DNA of 62,055 bases, filler included, from Chiloscyllium plagiosum (Eukaryota), in assembly GCF_004010195.1 (NCBI RefSeq). It is 4 parts of one record of this genome, joined end to end, with 100 filler letters (N's around TTAATTAATTAA, not from the genome) between each part and the next. Parts side by side here need not be neighbours in the genome. Positions count along the whole stretch, not along the records: positions 1 to 26,120 come from NC_057717.1; 3 more parts are not named here. The stretch is one strand, 5' to 3'. The notes under the pieces were generated by a model that saw nothing but the letters and a program-made list of their open reading frames with translations, had not been told where the DNA came from and searched no databases. The translations under genes and the position numbers were made by a program. Each line of letters begins with the position of its first letter. Within the stretch, counting starts at the first letter, position 1. Of the stretch, positions 1-12,101 are shown piece after piece.

Positions 1-283
1 ACACATGCGGCGTTGTGGGCGTGTAGGTTAGTGACGTCACTGGGGGCGGAAGTGGCTGCGGCGGCCGCGGGGACAGAGTTATTCCCCATAGCCGCGGAGG
101 TCGCGAATCTGCCGGCGATTGTCTTCATGGCGATCGCGGAGGCGGTTGTCTGGGCGGCGATCGCGGAGGCGGTTGGCTGGGCGGCGATCGCGGAGGCTGC
201 GAGGTCGGTGGGGGCGGAGGTGACGTCATCGTCGGCGGCGGCGGCAGGTATTGCAGCGGGCGATGCAGCGGCCGCGTGCGTAA
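1..283. other. GC/CpG-rich low-complexity segment (tentatively internal to a retroelement, or a CpG island)
   Basis: Very high CpG density; 27-bp-period repeat GGCGATCGCGGAGGC at 129, 156 and 183; TGACGTCA at 32-39 and 221-228; GC boxes; Ala-rich reading on both strands; abrupt junction with the L1 fragment at ~284. Confidence 0.5.
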
Positions 284-1040
284 TGCGTAAAATAGAAGCA
301 GGCAATCTCACACACTGCTTATGGACATATCATAGGTTCCGTAAATACTGGGCCAGAGTAACAAATGCGCTGACAGAAATCTTGGGGGCGGAAACTGGAG
401 TAGATCTAGTATCGCTTTTCCTGGGCTTTTCGAACCTGACCTCCCTGGATGTGCACGGGAGGAAATTATTTTCCATTCTCTCCTTTTGTGCAAGGAAAGA
501 TATCTTAGTAAATTGGGTTGGTGAGGGCACTCCAGGACATTCGAATTAGCACAGGTTAATCATGGAATGTACTCACCTTGACTTCCTTACGAATATGGTG
601 CACCATAAAATATGGCAGCCCTTCCTGAACAAATAGATACAGATATTTCGGCCATATTATCAGGGACTTTTATCTCGGTGGGGTAGTGGTTCTGGCTGGT
701 CCAGGGGCCCCCTGTGAGAGGAATCCCGTATGAATACCAGTTTTATTATGACTTGATGTTAATTCATTCTGAACATGTACTTCATTATTTAATTGCTATG
801 TTATCTTTTTTTGAAGTAACCTAAAATATTCTATTATATGCTTTAGTTATTCGTAGGTTAGAAAAGTTCATAGTTGAGTGTTTCTTTATCTTTCTGCTTT
901 TTTTATGTGTTTGTTGTGTTTTGGTAATTACTTATTTAATATTTAATGGTATATTAGTCTTTATATGTGTTTGTGTTTTTTTTGTAAGTTTGTAAAAAAT
1001 GTTTTAAAAATTTCTTTTTTCTTCAATAAAAAATCTATAA
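284..1040 (+). mobile_element. L1/Tx1-type LINE, 3' end (ORF2 C-terminus, T-rich 3' UTR, polyA signal)
   Basis: KIEAGNLTHCLW...YWARVTNALTEILG...SLFLG...FCARKDILVNW...KIWQPFL resembles the L1 ORF2 C-terminal Cys/His region; internal stop at 547; AATAAA and A-rich end at ~1025-1042. Confidence 0.8.
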
Positions 1041-1839
1041 AATAGTCCTGGATTTATGAGTCAGTGACGGAATGAATATGATAATGACTATGAGACAGAA
1101 AGAACTGGGGCCAGTGACTGAGGAGACCTGAGGGAAGTACAGTAATATCTCACAGTCACGAGTATTCAACCATCACCCTTTCTGACAAATGGAATAAAAT
1201 GCAATGCAGAACAAGAGAACAGATAACCTTTTGTACATGGAATGCTGAACAACAATGTGAATAGAACAGGACAATTTTAAATGTGATGAGCAGAATTATA
1301 TTTCATATATAGACTAATTAATCTCATTTTATACAGGTTGTTAATATTGTTTATAACTGGACGGGATATTCAGAAAATAAAGCAGACACAGATAACAAAG
1401 TGTGTGGGGTTCCAGGGAGTTACAGCAGAGTCAGAGTCAGGATACAGCTCATATTGAGCTGATACAGAGATGATGGGCTGCATGGCAACCATCTTTGCTG
1501 AAATTATTCAGAGAAACGTATTGAAAATGCTCAGAGACTGAGGAGACAATTTTGGTCATAAAATGCACAGACAATGTCATAATTAATAAACTATTCATAT
1601 TTTTTCATCAAGTGTAGCTGTATCTCAAAGGCCTTTTAAATCAAAATAACTTTGATGACATCCACGCATTTTTTTTTCAGAACTTAAAGAAGGAACCAAA
1701 TCCAGTGTAATACATGTGTCACTGGCACAAGTAATGGGAACAGGAATGGAGCATATTGTCCAAATATAACCGGGTTCAACATCTAGACCAATTAAACAAT
1801 AAAGCAAAATATTCGAGATAGCCTAATCTGAAATGCAAA

Positions 1840-2012
1840 TGCAAAATGATGGAGAAATGCAACAAATGACGCAGGATCTGGGCAGAGACACAGAGTTAAC
1901 ATATCGAATCTGATATGAACCTGTTCTGAACAAGTCACATTGGACTCAAAAAAAGTTAATTCCATTTTTCTCTGGCCCGATACTGTAGTGTTTCTCTCCA
2001 GAACTTTCAATT
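1840..2012. mobile_element. Old degenerate fold-back (PLE-derived) repeat
   Basis: Imperfect inverted arms: aaaatgatggagaaa...cagagttaac versus gttaattcc...tttctctccagaacttt. Confidence 0.5.
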
Positions 2013-2019
2013 GATGCAA

Positions 2020-2305
2020 TGTCAGGAAACAGAGAGTAATAGTGGGCGGTTGCTTTTTGGACTGGAGGCTTGTCCCCAGCAGTATTCCACAGAGGTTGAT
2101 TCTAGGTTTTCATTGTTTGTCATTGCTGTAAATGTTTTGCATGAGAATATGGAAGGCATAGTTAGTAACTTTGTGGATGACACGAAAACTGCTGGCACAG
2201 TGGACAGTGAAGAAGGTTTTCTATAATTACAAAAGGATCTTGATCAAATGGGGCAATAGGCTGACAAATAGCAGAGCGATTTCAATCTGGATGAATGCGA
2301 GGTGC
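2020..2305 (+). mobile_element. CR1 LINE RT fragment
   Basis: Translation ...NMEGIVSNFVDDTKTAGTVDSEEG matches the CR1 RT FADDTK region. Confidence 0.8.
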
Positions 2306-2399
2306 AGACAATATTGTGTGTTTGTTGCTGTCTGATGCATCAAGATTGGGATGATTTTATTCCCCAGCTCCTGGGTTCAACACATCAATATCCTTCATG

Positions 2400-4640
2400 A
2401 TATTTGAGCGGCTTTACCCCCTCAGTGGTTACCCTCTTGCTGTTAATGTAGTTGCACAATATCTTTGGATTATCCTTAAACTTTTTGACCCATACTATCT
2501 CATATCTCCTTTTTGCTTTCCTGATTTCTCTCGAAATAATGCCAACACTCTTTATATTGATTAACTTTATTCAATTGAATGTAGTGTCTATATCTAAACA
2601 AAGATTTTCTTTGAATCTTGAATAAAACCTCAATGACTGTAGTTGTCCATTGTTCTTTAACCTTAGCAGCCTTAACCTTCACTCTAACAGGAACACAATG
2701 CCTCTCAACTCTCGTCGTCACACTGTTGAATGCCTCCCACTTGTCAGATGTTGTTTTACCTGCCAATAGTCTACTCCAATCAAACTCGGAAATTCCTTGT
2801 CCCATGCCATTAAAATTTATGATACACCAATTAAAACAAAATTATGAAAAGCTTATTCTTTTCCATAATCATTGTGGAACTAATAGAGTTATGACTGAAA
2901 TACCCAAAATATTCCCTCACATTTACTTCAGTCACTTTCCCTGCCTATTGCACAAAAGTTGGTCTGGTTTTGCTCCTTCTCTATTAGGATCATCTACATA
3001 TTGATGAAGAAAATTTTCGTGTACACATTGGACAAAGTCTTCACCATCCAACCCTTTAACACTGTGGTAGTCCCAGTCAGTTTTTTGAAAATTAAAATCC
3101 GCCGTTATTATAACCTTATTACGCTTACATATTTCCGAGATTTCCCTGCATGTTTGTTTCTCAACTTCTTTCTTACTGTTGGACAGCGTCTGGTACATTA
3201 CCATCAACGTGCTCTTTCCTTTCTTATTTTTAATTTCTACAAATATATTTTCACTGGACAATTTGTCACATATGAGAATTTTGTGCAATCTCTTCAAAGT
3301 GATATTTAATTTCTTACGTTTAATACTACCCACATATTTTAACCGAATGATTTTTCAGAAATATCTTCCCCAGTTACAGCAATAATTTATTATTTAATCA
3401 AAAATGGCAGTCCTCCTCCTCCCCACCCACTGCATGACTATTTATATCTTTTCTATGATAATTACACCTGGAACGTTGAATTGCCAGTCTTGATCATCTC
3501 TCAGGCGAAAGTGAAGAGGGTAGATGCTGGAGATTAGAGTCGAGAGTGTAGTGCTGGAAAAGCACCGCAGTCAAGCAGCATCTGAGGAGCAGGAAAATCG
3601 ATGTTTCAAGCAAAAGTCCCTCATCAGCCCATTCCCGAAGAGGGGCTTTTGCCCAAAACGTCGATTTTCCTGCTCCTCACATGCTGTCTGACCTGCTGTG
3701 CTTTCCCAGCACTACACTCTCGACTTGAACATCCCTCAAACAACTTTCTGTAATAAATATGATGTCCCGGTCCCATGTTCTTAAATATGTCCTGAGTTCG
3801 TCAGCCTTCCCTGTGAAACCCCTGACATTGGAATAACCGAAATTTAGTGCTTCAGAATTACTATTTACTTTTGACTCTCTCGTCTTTCTTTTCTAATTGA
3901 CATGCTCTCCTCACATTCATAAAATTTCCTATTCATTGTATTCCAAGGGACTGCTTGGAATATCCCCCTTGTCGTCTCTATCAACAAAAAGTCTCCATAC
4001 ATCGAAGGAGCAAATCTCCTTGCTAAGATATTGGTTGCTTTCCAGTTTAGATTAGGCCAATCCTTTCTGATCAGGTCTTTTCTATTTTACAATAGATTCC
4101 AATCTCCCTAAAATCTAAATCCTTCAACATCACAGTAGCTCTTCAGCCATCAATTTTTCTCCTTTAACATTTTTTGCTCCCTCTCGGTTCAGTTTGGCAT
4201 TGGGAGTAAATCAGAAATTACTACTTTTAAGGTTTTATTTCTAATCTTCGACCTCACCTCTTAAATTTAACCTCTGTACTGTTTTAATCTTTCCCTAAAA
4301 ATATCATTCCTACCAATATATACTATAACTTTTGACTGTTCAATCTCCACATTTAACAATGTTCTTGAAATGTTTCGAGACATTCTTAAGCTTAGCACAG
4401 AGAAAGCAACAAACCATCCTAAATCTATGGTCACTGCCACAGAATCTCCTGTTGATGCCCATGACAGAAGAGCCCAATGTAGCAATAATTCTACTATATC
4501 TTCTCAAACACCGCCGAACATGAGAATCATCCCATGTATCCAAAAATTGATTGCTCTGCCATTTTCCTCAGAGAGACAATCCCCTTCAGCAGTTCTAAAA
4601 ACTGAAAATCATTTTGATAGAGGAATAGCCACCGGAGAGG
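2400..4640 (-). mobile_element. Degenerate CR1 LINE (ORF1 esterase end plus ORF2 endonuclease)
   Basis: Minus-strand KVIITADFNF...FLHQYVDDPNREGAKPDQLLCN (endonuclease) and KVIVYIGRNDI (esterase); interrupted by the 3508-3725 insertion. Confidence 0.75.
3508..3725. mobile_element. PLE-derived fold-back insertion with degenerate hammerhead cores
   Basis: Inverted arms ~3538-3627 and ~3634-3725; degenerate TSD tgatcatctctca / tgaacatccctca. Confidence 0.75.
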
Positions 4641-4659
4641 TTGCAGAGAAGGTTTCAGT

Positions 4660-5120
4660 GGATGTTGCCCGATGTTAGCTGTGAAGAGAGGTTGAGTAGT
4701 TTAGTTTTGTTTTCAGGAGAAAAAAAGACATTGAGGGGGTCCTGATTGAGGTTTACAAAATCATGAAGGATATCGACAGGATAGATGGAGATAAGTTTTT
4801 TCACAGGGTGAAAGATTGAATAACGAGAGGTCACGCTTTCAAGGTGAGAGGTGAAAAGTTTAAGGGGATACACATGGCGATTGCTTCACACAGAGGGTGG
4901 TGGGTGTCTGGAACGTGTTGCCAGCAGAAGTGATAGAGGCAACCACGGTAGATCCATTTAAGATGCGTCTGGACAGATGTAGGAGTAGGTGGGGAGCAGA
5001 GGGATACAGATGCTTAGGAATTGGGCGACAGGTTTAGACAGTACGTTTGGATCGGCTTAGGCTTGGAGCGCCAAAGAGCCTGTTCCTGGGCTGTAAATTT
5101 TCTTCGTTCTTTGATCTTTC
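4660..5120 (+). mobile_element. CR1 LINE 3' end
   Basis: Typical ORF2 C-terminus (VYKIMKDIDRID...FTQRVVGVWN) and tail ...cctgttcctgggctgtaaattttcttcgttctttg. Confidence 0.85.
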
Positions 5121-5449
5121 TAAGTATTGGTCTTTGGATCATAGTTGGGAAAATGTATCTGTGCTTCAGCGAGTTGAATGGGATAACAGTGTATTATTTC
5201 AATGAACAAACTGCGAAACTGAAGCATGAGAAACTGGGAACCTGGATCACAAAACAAACCTCTGCATCAACATCACATTTTGGGGGAGGCAATATGAATC
5301 TAGAAATATTTGAAAACCAAATACATTTAGAAATAGGGAAGTATTGTCTACAGTTTACAGATTAATGATCAGACCACATTCAGAGTTTTTAAATTGTTAT
5401 GGTTCCTACCCTCAGCATGGTCATTAAACTGGCTCTGCCTGTTTATTCG

Positions 5450-5930
5450 ACTAACCTTTATTTTCTGCTCAGTTTCTGACCTGCTGCTTTCGTTTCCAGC
5501 CTCCTGTATCACCAGTTTAAATCTGCACGAACACACCTCCTTTCCAGAATGTTGGGGCCCCTCCAGTTAAAGTGCACACTTTCATTTTTGTACAGTTCCC
5601 ACATGCACTGGACGTGATTAGAATTATTCAAAAATCAGAAACAATCCTCCCAAACTAGCTCTTTGCCACATATTCAACCATACTATCTTCCTCTTCTTTG
5701 TCTCACTTTCAGGTGGTACAGGGAGTAATCCCAAGATTACATCCCTGGAGATCCTGCTTTTAAACTTACTCTTAACTCCCTGAACTTTCTTTGCAGGACC
5801 TTTCAACCTTTCACTTTTCTTATCAATATCATTGGTATCAATGTGAACCACACCGGCTGGCTGTTTACCCTCCCACTTCAATATGCCCTGAGCATGCTCA
5901 GAGATATTCTTGATCCTGTCACCAACTGCC
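5450..5930 (-). mobile_element. CR1 ORF1 esterase fragment
   Basis: ILKWEGKQPAGVVHIDTNDI...VILGLLPVP, an SGNH-esterase-like ORF1 motif. Confidence 0.75.
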
Positions 5931-6592
5931 CTTTTTATGAAGAAATCATACAGCCGTAGAATCCCTACGGTGGGTAAACAGGCCATTTCACACAGCACGT
6001 CCACGCTGACCTTCCAAAGAGTAACCCACCCTGACCCAGTCCCCTACTCTATTACTCTGCATTTACCCCTGACTAATGCATCTAACCGACAACTATTGGC
6101 AAAAAAATAACCAACCCAGACCCATTCCTCTACATTATGTTGAACCTGCTTTCTCATAACAGATACTGCCAGAACTACTGAACATTCCAAGCAGCTTCTG
6201 GTTTTGTCACCAATGATGAGTGCATATTGATAAAAATGAATTGAAAAAGAAAAACAGCTGAATTTAAATTCTAGGGAGAAAACTAAATATTTGGTGGTTC
6301 AATAAAGTATCATTAAATTACTGCTGTTCAGTCCATGAACATCACTTGTTCACTTTCCCAATTCATGAATAAAGGAGATTTTTACATCACTTTTGATATC
6401 AGAAAGCTTGGAAATGTTGTACGTTTACTCCTTCATATGGGAATGTGATTACATCACATTCTTTCATCTCACACACAATGCATTACAATTACAGAGGATT
6501 ATTCACAAAACACACACAATGTATTACTTTGTCGAAGAATATCAGTAACATTGTAAGTAATTGGAATCATAACTGGAAAAAAGGATTTAGAC

Positions 6593-6818
6593 AAAGGAAG
6601 GATGAGAGAAAACGGGACTTTTTTTTTAACAGAAAAGACTATTATGCGAACTTAGGTGATCAAATTTATGGAAAACTATGTAGGGCTGACAAACGATATT
6701 TTTAGGTAAAGGAAGAATGAGAGAAAATGGGTCTTTTTTTGGAACAGAAATGACTATTATGTGAACTTACTAAGCTGATCAAATTTATGGAAATCTATGC
6801 AGGGCAGATAAAGGATAT
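6593..6818 (+). repeat. Diverged ~115-bp tandem duplication
   Basis: aaggaag.atgagagaaaa...gactattatg.gaactta...gatcaaatttatggaaa.ctatg.agggc.ga.aaa.gatatt occurs twice in tandem. Confidence 0.8.
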
Positions 6819-7547
6819 TGTTATGAACGTGTAGAGGTATATGTTGCTTTTAAGAGAGACTGGAAGCTGGCACAAAGTGTTCTGAAAGAAGTTAAAATGT
6901 AACATTTGGCCGTGAAATCAATAGTGAGGCTGAGTTGCCACGAAACAAAAACCAAATGAAATTCCACCAGTCCGTTTAACTTATGCCCTAACATACTGAA
7001 ATCAAATTGAGTTTGAAATATGATGTATGTGATAACATCAATATCAATGAAATGATCTGATGTTTTGAGGTATAAAACCGGATAGTTTGACTAGTTAGGG
7101 GGACAACTGCCAACGACATCCACAAAAATAGCCTGCGAGCTGAAGAGCTTCCTGAAGGTACCTGTCTATAAGAAGCTTGCACAGCAGAACATCGAAGCTG
7201 ACTGAGAGTTACTTCACAGAGCAAAATTTGCAAAGGATAAACGACAAAGCTGACTGGTTTTGAAACATGATTATATTTTTGTAAACCTTAATCGGGGTTT
7301 TTTGTTTCATGGGATCAGTATTGTAGAGTGGGAGGTAAAAGATATGTTTAACCGAAGGGATTTATAAATAGCTGTTTGTTTTATTATTCTTTGTCGTACT
7401 TAAATAACAAAGTTGTGAATTTTACTTTAAATAGTGACTCTGTAAATGGATCTTTGCCTCTCGAAACTTATGAGATTACAGCATGAAGCAAACTTATTCT
7501 GTGAGCCTGTTTCAAATGAGGAGAGGTGTTAACCCCGTGTTGTAACA
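6819..7547 (+). repeat. 5' LTR
   Basis: Starts tgttatgaacgtg, ends ccccgtgttgtaaca, immediately followed by the PBS. Confidence 0.85.
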
Positions 7548-7550
7548 GTT

Positions 7551-7576
7551 TGGGGGCTTTCGTCCGCGATTTGAAC
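7551..7576 (+). promoter_or_regulatory. Primer-binding site complementary to tRNA-Pro
   Basis: tgggggctttcgtccgcgatttgaac compared with the tRNA-Pro 3' end complement TGGGGGCTCGTCCGGGATTTGAAC. Confidence 0.85.
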
Positions 7577-7753
7577 AGGTTTAGATAAATCCAAACTGAG
7601 ATCTGGGTAGATTTGAATAGATTTGAGGTGTGAAAAATATACAGTATATTTAAACATTTGCACGTTAGTGTCTGAAATCTTTAAATAAAATGTCATGGAG
7701 ACAAATTGTTAAATTTCGATGACTTGTGTTTAGTTAAATTAAAAGTGAGAGAA

Positions 7754-9312
7754 ATGTCTCTTAAAATTTTCAGAGAGGTTTGAAGATGATCCTCAAATTT
7801 GCCAAGAAAGTTTAGAAAGAAAGATAAAGGCCAAAGTTTTAGAATTAACGAAGAGCATAGTTCTGTGTTTAACCAAGGACAAAAATAAAGCTGAAATTGT
7901 CAGGGAATTACTCAAACACGAAGGTGTGTCAGAGAAACCGACAAGTGCAGTACAGTGAAAAAAACTTCAATTATTATTGAGGAAAATTGAGTTCAAAGAT
8001 AAACAAAGGGAGAGAGAAAGAGGGAGAGAAGAAACAGAAAGCAAGAAAGAAGAGAGAGAGAGACAAAAAAGGGAAAGACAAGGTTCGCAGTTGAGCAAAA
8101 AGAGAGACAATTTGAACTTGAGATGTTGCGATTTAGTCTGCAAAGTCAAGTTAACAGGATGGAGATTAAAAAGGAAAATAGTGATATACACAACTATGTT
8201 GAAACTCTGGCACATTTGATGAGAAAAATGTTGAAGCAGTAGAGCTGCAGGGCGGCACGGTGGCACAGTGGTTAGCACTGCTGCCTCTCAGCACCAGAGA
8301 CCCGAGTTCAATTCCCGCCTCAGGCGACTGTGTGGAGTTTGCACATTCTTCCATGTGTCTGCGTGGGTTTCCTCCAGGTGCTGCGGTTTCCTCCCACAGT
8401 CCAAAGATGTGCAATTCAGGTGAATTGGCCATGCTAAATTGCCCGTAGTGTTAGGTGAAGGGATAACTGTAGGGGAATGGGTCTGGATGAGTTGCGCTTC
8501 GGCGGGTTGGTGTGGACTTGTTGGGCCGAAGGGCCCATTTCCGCACTGTAAGTAATCTAATCTAATCTTATTTCATTGAAAACTTGGCTAGGCAGATAGA
8601 ATGTTCCAAGGATTTATGGGGAATGCTAGCTCGTAATAAACTGGTAGGTAGGATGAGTGAAGTATAGTGACCGCTGTCAGATGAGGAGTTAAGAGATTCT
8701 GAAGATGTCAAACAAGCTATTTGAGGTGCTCACAAATTGGTACCGGAAACATAGAGACACCAGTACAGAAACATAAAGGAGGAACCAGGTCAGACTTATG
8801 TTGAGTTTGAAATAACTAAATATAGGCATTTTGATAGATGGATGCTTGCTTTAAAGATTGATACGACATGTGAGGCTCTAATGGAGATTATTCTGCTGAA
8901 GGAGTTGAAGAACTCACTTCCAGAGATGATAAGAATTCATGTGGAGGAAGAGAAAGTTCAGGAATTGAGAAGGGCAGGAGAATTAGCAGATGAATACGTG
9001 TTGCTGCATAAGACAAGCTTCCAGCCAGAATTTCGTCCTGTGGTGGATAGAATTTGCGAGAAGGGGAGATGCTACAGTATAAAAGAAAGATTAGAGAATA
9101 AGAGTTTACCACAGGTTCAAGAAAATGCCCAAGAGAATGGCAAGGAGGTGAAAGGCCTCAGGCATTTTAGGGTGGGACACAGAAAATTTCAGTGGCGGTG
9201 GTTTCAAAAGTGCATTGGTAAAAGGTATTTTCACTGCCATAAAGATGGGATACGTAAGGTCACAGTGCTGGTTATTAAGAAAGGCATTGTGGGAGAAGAT
9301 GTGGTAAAATAA
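7754..9312 (+). pseudogene. gag relic (charged coiled coil, capsid/SCAN-like region, Zn-knuckle remnants)
   Basis: ATG at 7754; RERERGREE stretch; FDRWMLALKIDTTCEALMEIILLKELKNSLPEMIRIHVEE...AGELADEYVLLHK; FHCHKDG; frameshifts and a SINE insertion. Confidence 0.75.
8250..8567 (+). mobile_element. HE1-type tRNA-derived V-SINE inserted in gag
   Basis: A box tggcacagtgg, B box gagttcaattccc, V-domain gtgtctgcgtgggtttcctcc...cccacagtccaaagatgtgc, (taatc)n tail. Confidence 0.9.
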
Positions 9313-9405
9313 GTTAAGCCAGTGGCATTAGTGAAATAATTAAACTAAACCCCAACAAGAACCGAAGAGCTGTAGGAAAGTGCACCGCCTAGGCAGGGGC
9401 TGGGT

Positions 9406-9801
9406 ATGGAGTTAGTATCTGATCTCTGTAAAGAATTCGCCTCTGTGAGTAAAGTTTACTCAGAAACAATAGGGGGAGAAGGAGAAGAAGTTATCATTTT
9501 GAGAGATACAGGATCTAACCAGTTTCTAATAGTAAGAGATGAGCAAATTTGCAGTATTTCTGATCTGTTACCCAAGAGTGTCGTAATTTGTGGGATAATT
9601 GGACAGAAATTTAGCTTTCCTCTACATAAGATCAGGTTAGAGTGCCTACTCAAGTCTGGGGAAGTAACCGTGGGAGTGACTGACAGAGTGTCAGTTCCAG
9701 GATTCCAGTTTGTTCTTGAGAATGGTTTAGCAGGGTCCAAGTTGGGAGCGATACCCCTAGTTGTGGAGAAGCCCAAGGAAGACAAGAAACTGAGGAGTTA
9801 A
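9406..9801 (+). pseudogene. Aspartic protease relic
   Basis: VIILRDTGSNQFLI catalytic motif; GFQFVLENGLAG C-terminal motif. Confidence 0.8.
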
Positions 9802-10139
9802 AACAAAAATATACTGGTATTTTCCCAGACTGTACAGTAATCAGATCCCACTATCATATGCCACAGCAGGAATCACAAACTAAAGACAACGATGAAGGAG
9901 TTAAAGTTCAGTTAGCTGACATCCTTTTTGACGTAATGGTGCCGGGAAATCATGAACAAAGAGAGGTCAGACAGAGGTGTTTAGTCCTGAAAGGCTAAGG
10001 GATCTGCAACAGACAGGCAAGATGATAAAAGATATATATGTGAATACGTAATCTGAGAGTGAGGCAGAGATGTTCCTGAGGGTTATTACCAGAAGTATAG
10101 CGTCCTAAGACGGAAGTGGAGACTACGGCAGATTAGTGC

Positions 10140-10460
10140 AGAGGAGTAATGTGCTGAAGTGCACCAGACTATGTTGCCGGTGGCATAGAGACAGGAAGTG
10201 TTACGTGTTCCGTGTAAACGACCTGTGGGAGATCACCGAATGGTACGAAAGACTCAGGCTAAGGGACAAAAACATTTTTATTGACCTGGAATGCACACAG
10301 GCGTGGTTAACTTTTGGCATACGTGTCATACATGCCAAATGGTAGGTAGGCCACAGGCAGTAATGAAACTAGCACTTCTTTTGCCAATTCCCACATTCAA
10401 AGATCCCTCCTTTTGGGTTATAACTGAGTGTGTACATCTCCTCCTGAAAAGTAGAGGAGA
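10140..10460 (+). pseudogene. Integrase N-terminal (H2C2 zinc-binding) relic; catalytic core apparently deleted
   Basis: RKTQAKGQKHFY*PGMHTGVVNFWHTCHTCQMVGRPQ...LLPIPTFKDPSFWVITECV, lying upstream of RT. Confidence 0.75.
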
Positions 10461-10689
10461 GAAAGAATTGGAAAATCTTTGTTAGTTACCGCCCCACAGA
10501 GTGAGGAATCAAATCCAAATGTTGTAAATTTTGACGTGCCTCAAAATATGTTAAAAAAGTAGAAGTACTTGAGCAGTGGGATAGATTAGTAAACTATCTG
10601 TCTCAGGAGCATTGAACGCAGTTGAAAGGTTTGTTATTGCAGTATGAGGACATATGCAAGAATAATACGGGAGGATTAATGCTATTGTA

Positions 10690-11930
10690 CATGAAGTAGA
10701 CTTGGGAATACTGTTCCGATAAAACAACATCCATATTGTCTTAATCCTCTCAAAGCCAGACCGGTCCAGAAGGAGGTGTTGGTCATGCTCAATGAGGTCA
10801 TCATCGAACCAAGCCAGAGTGAGTGGAGCTCACTGATCATCTTAGTTGCCAAACCGGATGGGACTCAATGGTTTTGGCTGGATTATTGGAAGGTCAACAC
10901 TGTTACAAAATCAGACTTATATCCAATACTGATATTGGAGGACTGTATCGAGAAAGTTGGACAAGTCAGTTACATCACCAAGTTGGAATTAATGTGTAGT
11001 TTCTGGCAGGTACCGTTATCAGAGATGTTTCTGAATTGTAACGCCAAAGGGACTGTATCAATTCAACGTGATGCCCATTGGAATGACGAACACACCCAAC
11101 CCATTCCAAAGACTCATGGAATGAATTGTGGCCTTAGTAATAAACTGTGCAGTCCATTTGGACGATGTAGTAATCTTTAGTTAGTTCTGGAAAGATCAGT
11201 TGGTACAATTGGCAGAGTCTTTTGAACGAATACGAGAAACAAACCTGGTGGTAAAATTAAACAAAACTGAATTCGCGAAAGCAGACGTAATGCTCTTGGG
11301 ACAAAATATCAGTCATGGAAGGTTGACCCCATGGAACGCAACGTCAAAAGGTTCCAAGGAATTTCCACGACTAGCCTCGAAGGAAAATGTGCTTTGTTCC
11401 TTAGGAGTCAGTGGATTCTATTGGACGTTTGTTCCAAACGTCAGCAGTGTAGTCGCAACGTTAACGGACTTGCTGAAGAAGAACACAAAATTTAGGTTGA
11501 CAGAACAATGCCAGGAGGCATTCTACCATTAAAAAGAAATATTAACCACCAAACGAGTTTCAGCTACACCATATGCTTCAACACCTTTCAAAGTTGCCGT
11601 CGACGTGAGTGACATAGGAGTTGGAACTGTACTGCTACAGGACGATGAGATGGAATCGTACTTTTCAATGAAACTCAACATCCACCAGAGAAAATAGTCC
11701 ACGATGGAGAAAGTACTATTGAGTTTGGTACTAGAGTTATAACATTTTAATGTGTACTTACAAACAGTGTGTTGGAGACGGTTGTGTACGCAGACCCCAA
11801 TCGGCTGACATTCTTTGAACGCTTTAAAGACCATTTCACTGGAGTCTTATGTTACAGACTTTTAACTTAAAAGTTACATGTAGCGTGTTGTAAGAATGTA
11901 ATCGCATGTGCGTTCTCACAGATTTAACTG
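10690..11930 (+). pseudogene. Reverse transcriptase and RNase H relics
   Basis: IIEPSQSEWSSLIILVAKPDGTQWFWLDYWKVNTVTKSDLYPI; SLGVSGFYWTFVPNVS; FKVAVDVSDIGVGTVLLQ...YFSMKLN. Confidence 0.85.
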
Positions 11931-12101
11931 ATAAAGTTTAGATGAGATATGTATTTATCCAATGTTAAATCTCGGTATATGGGAAGAAGTTAAGGTGAAC
12001 ATAGATTTAAGTTATCTGTATGTTATGGTAATGTATTTAAACATAGAAAAACAAATGAGACCCTGTTTTCATTATGATGATTCTTTTTTTGAGAGAGAAG
12101 G

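Noticed and set aside
13..549. 178-aa Ala-rich ORF as a gene
   Set aside because: It is a chimera of a GC-rich low-complexity block and an L1 ORF2 fragment, and it starts at TTG.
8250..8325. tRNA gene
   Set aside because: It is the tRNA-derived head of a SINE, followed by the V-domain and a LINE-like tail.
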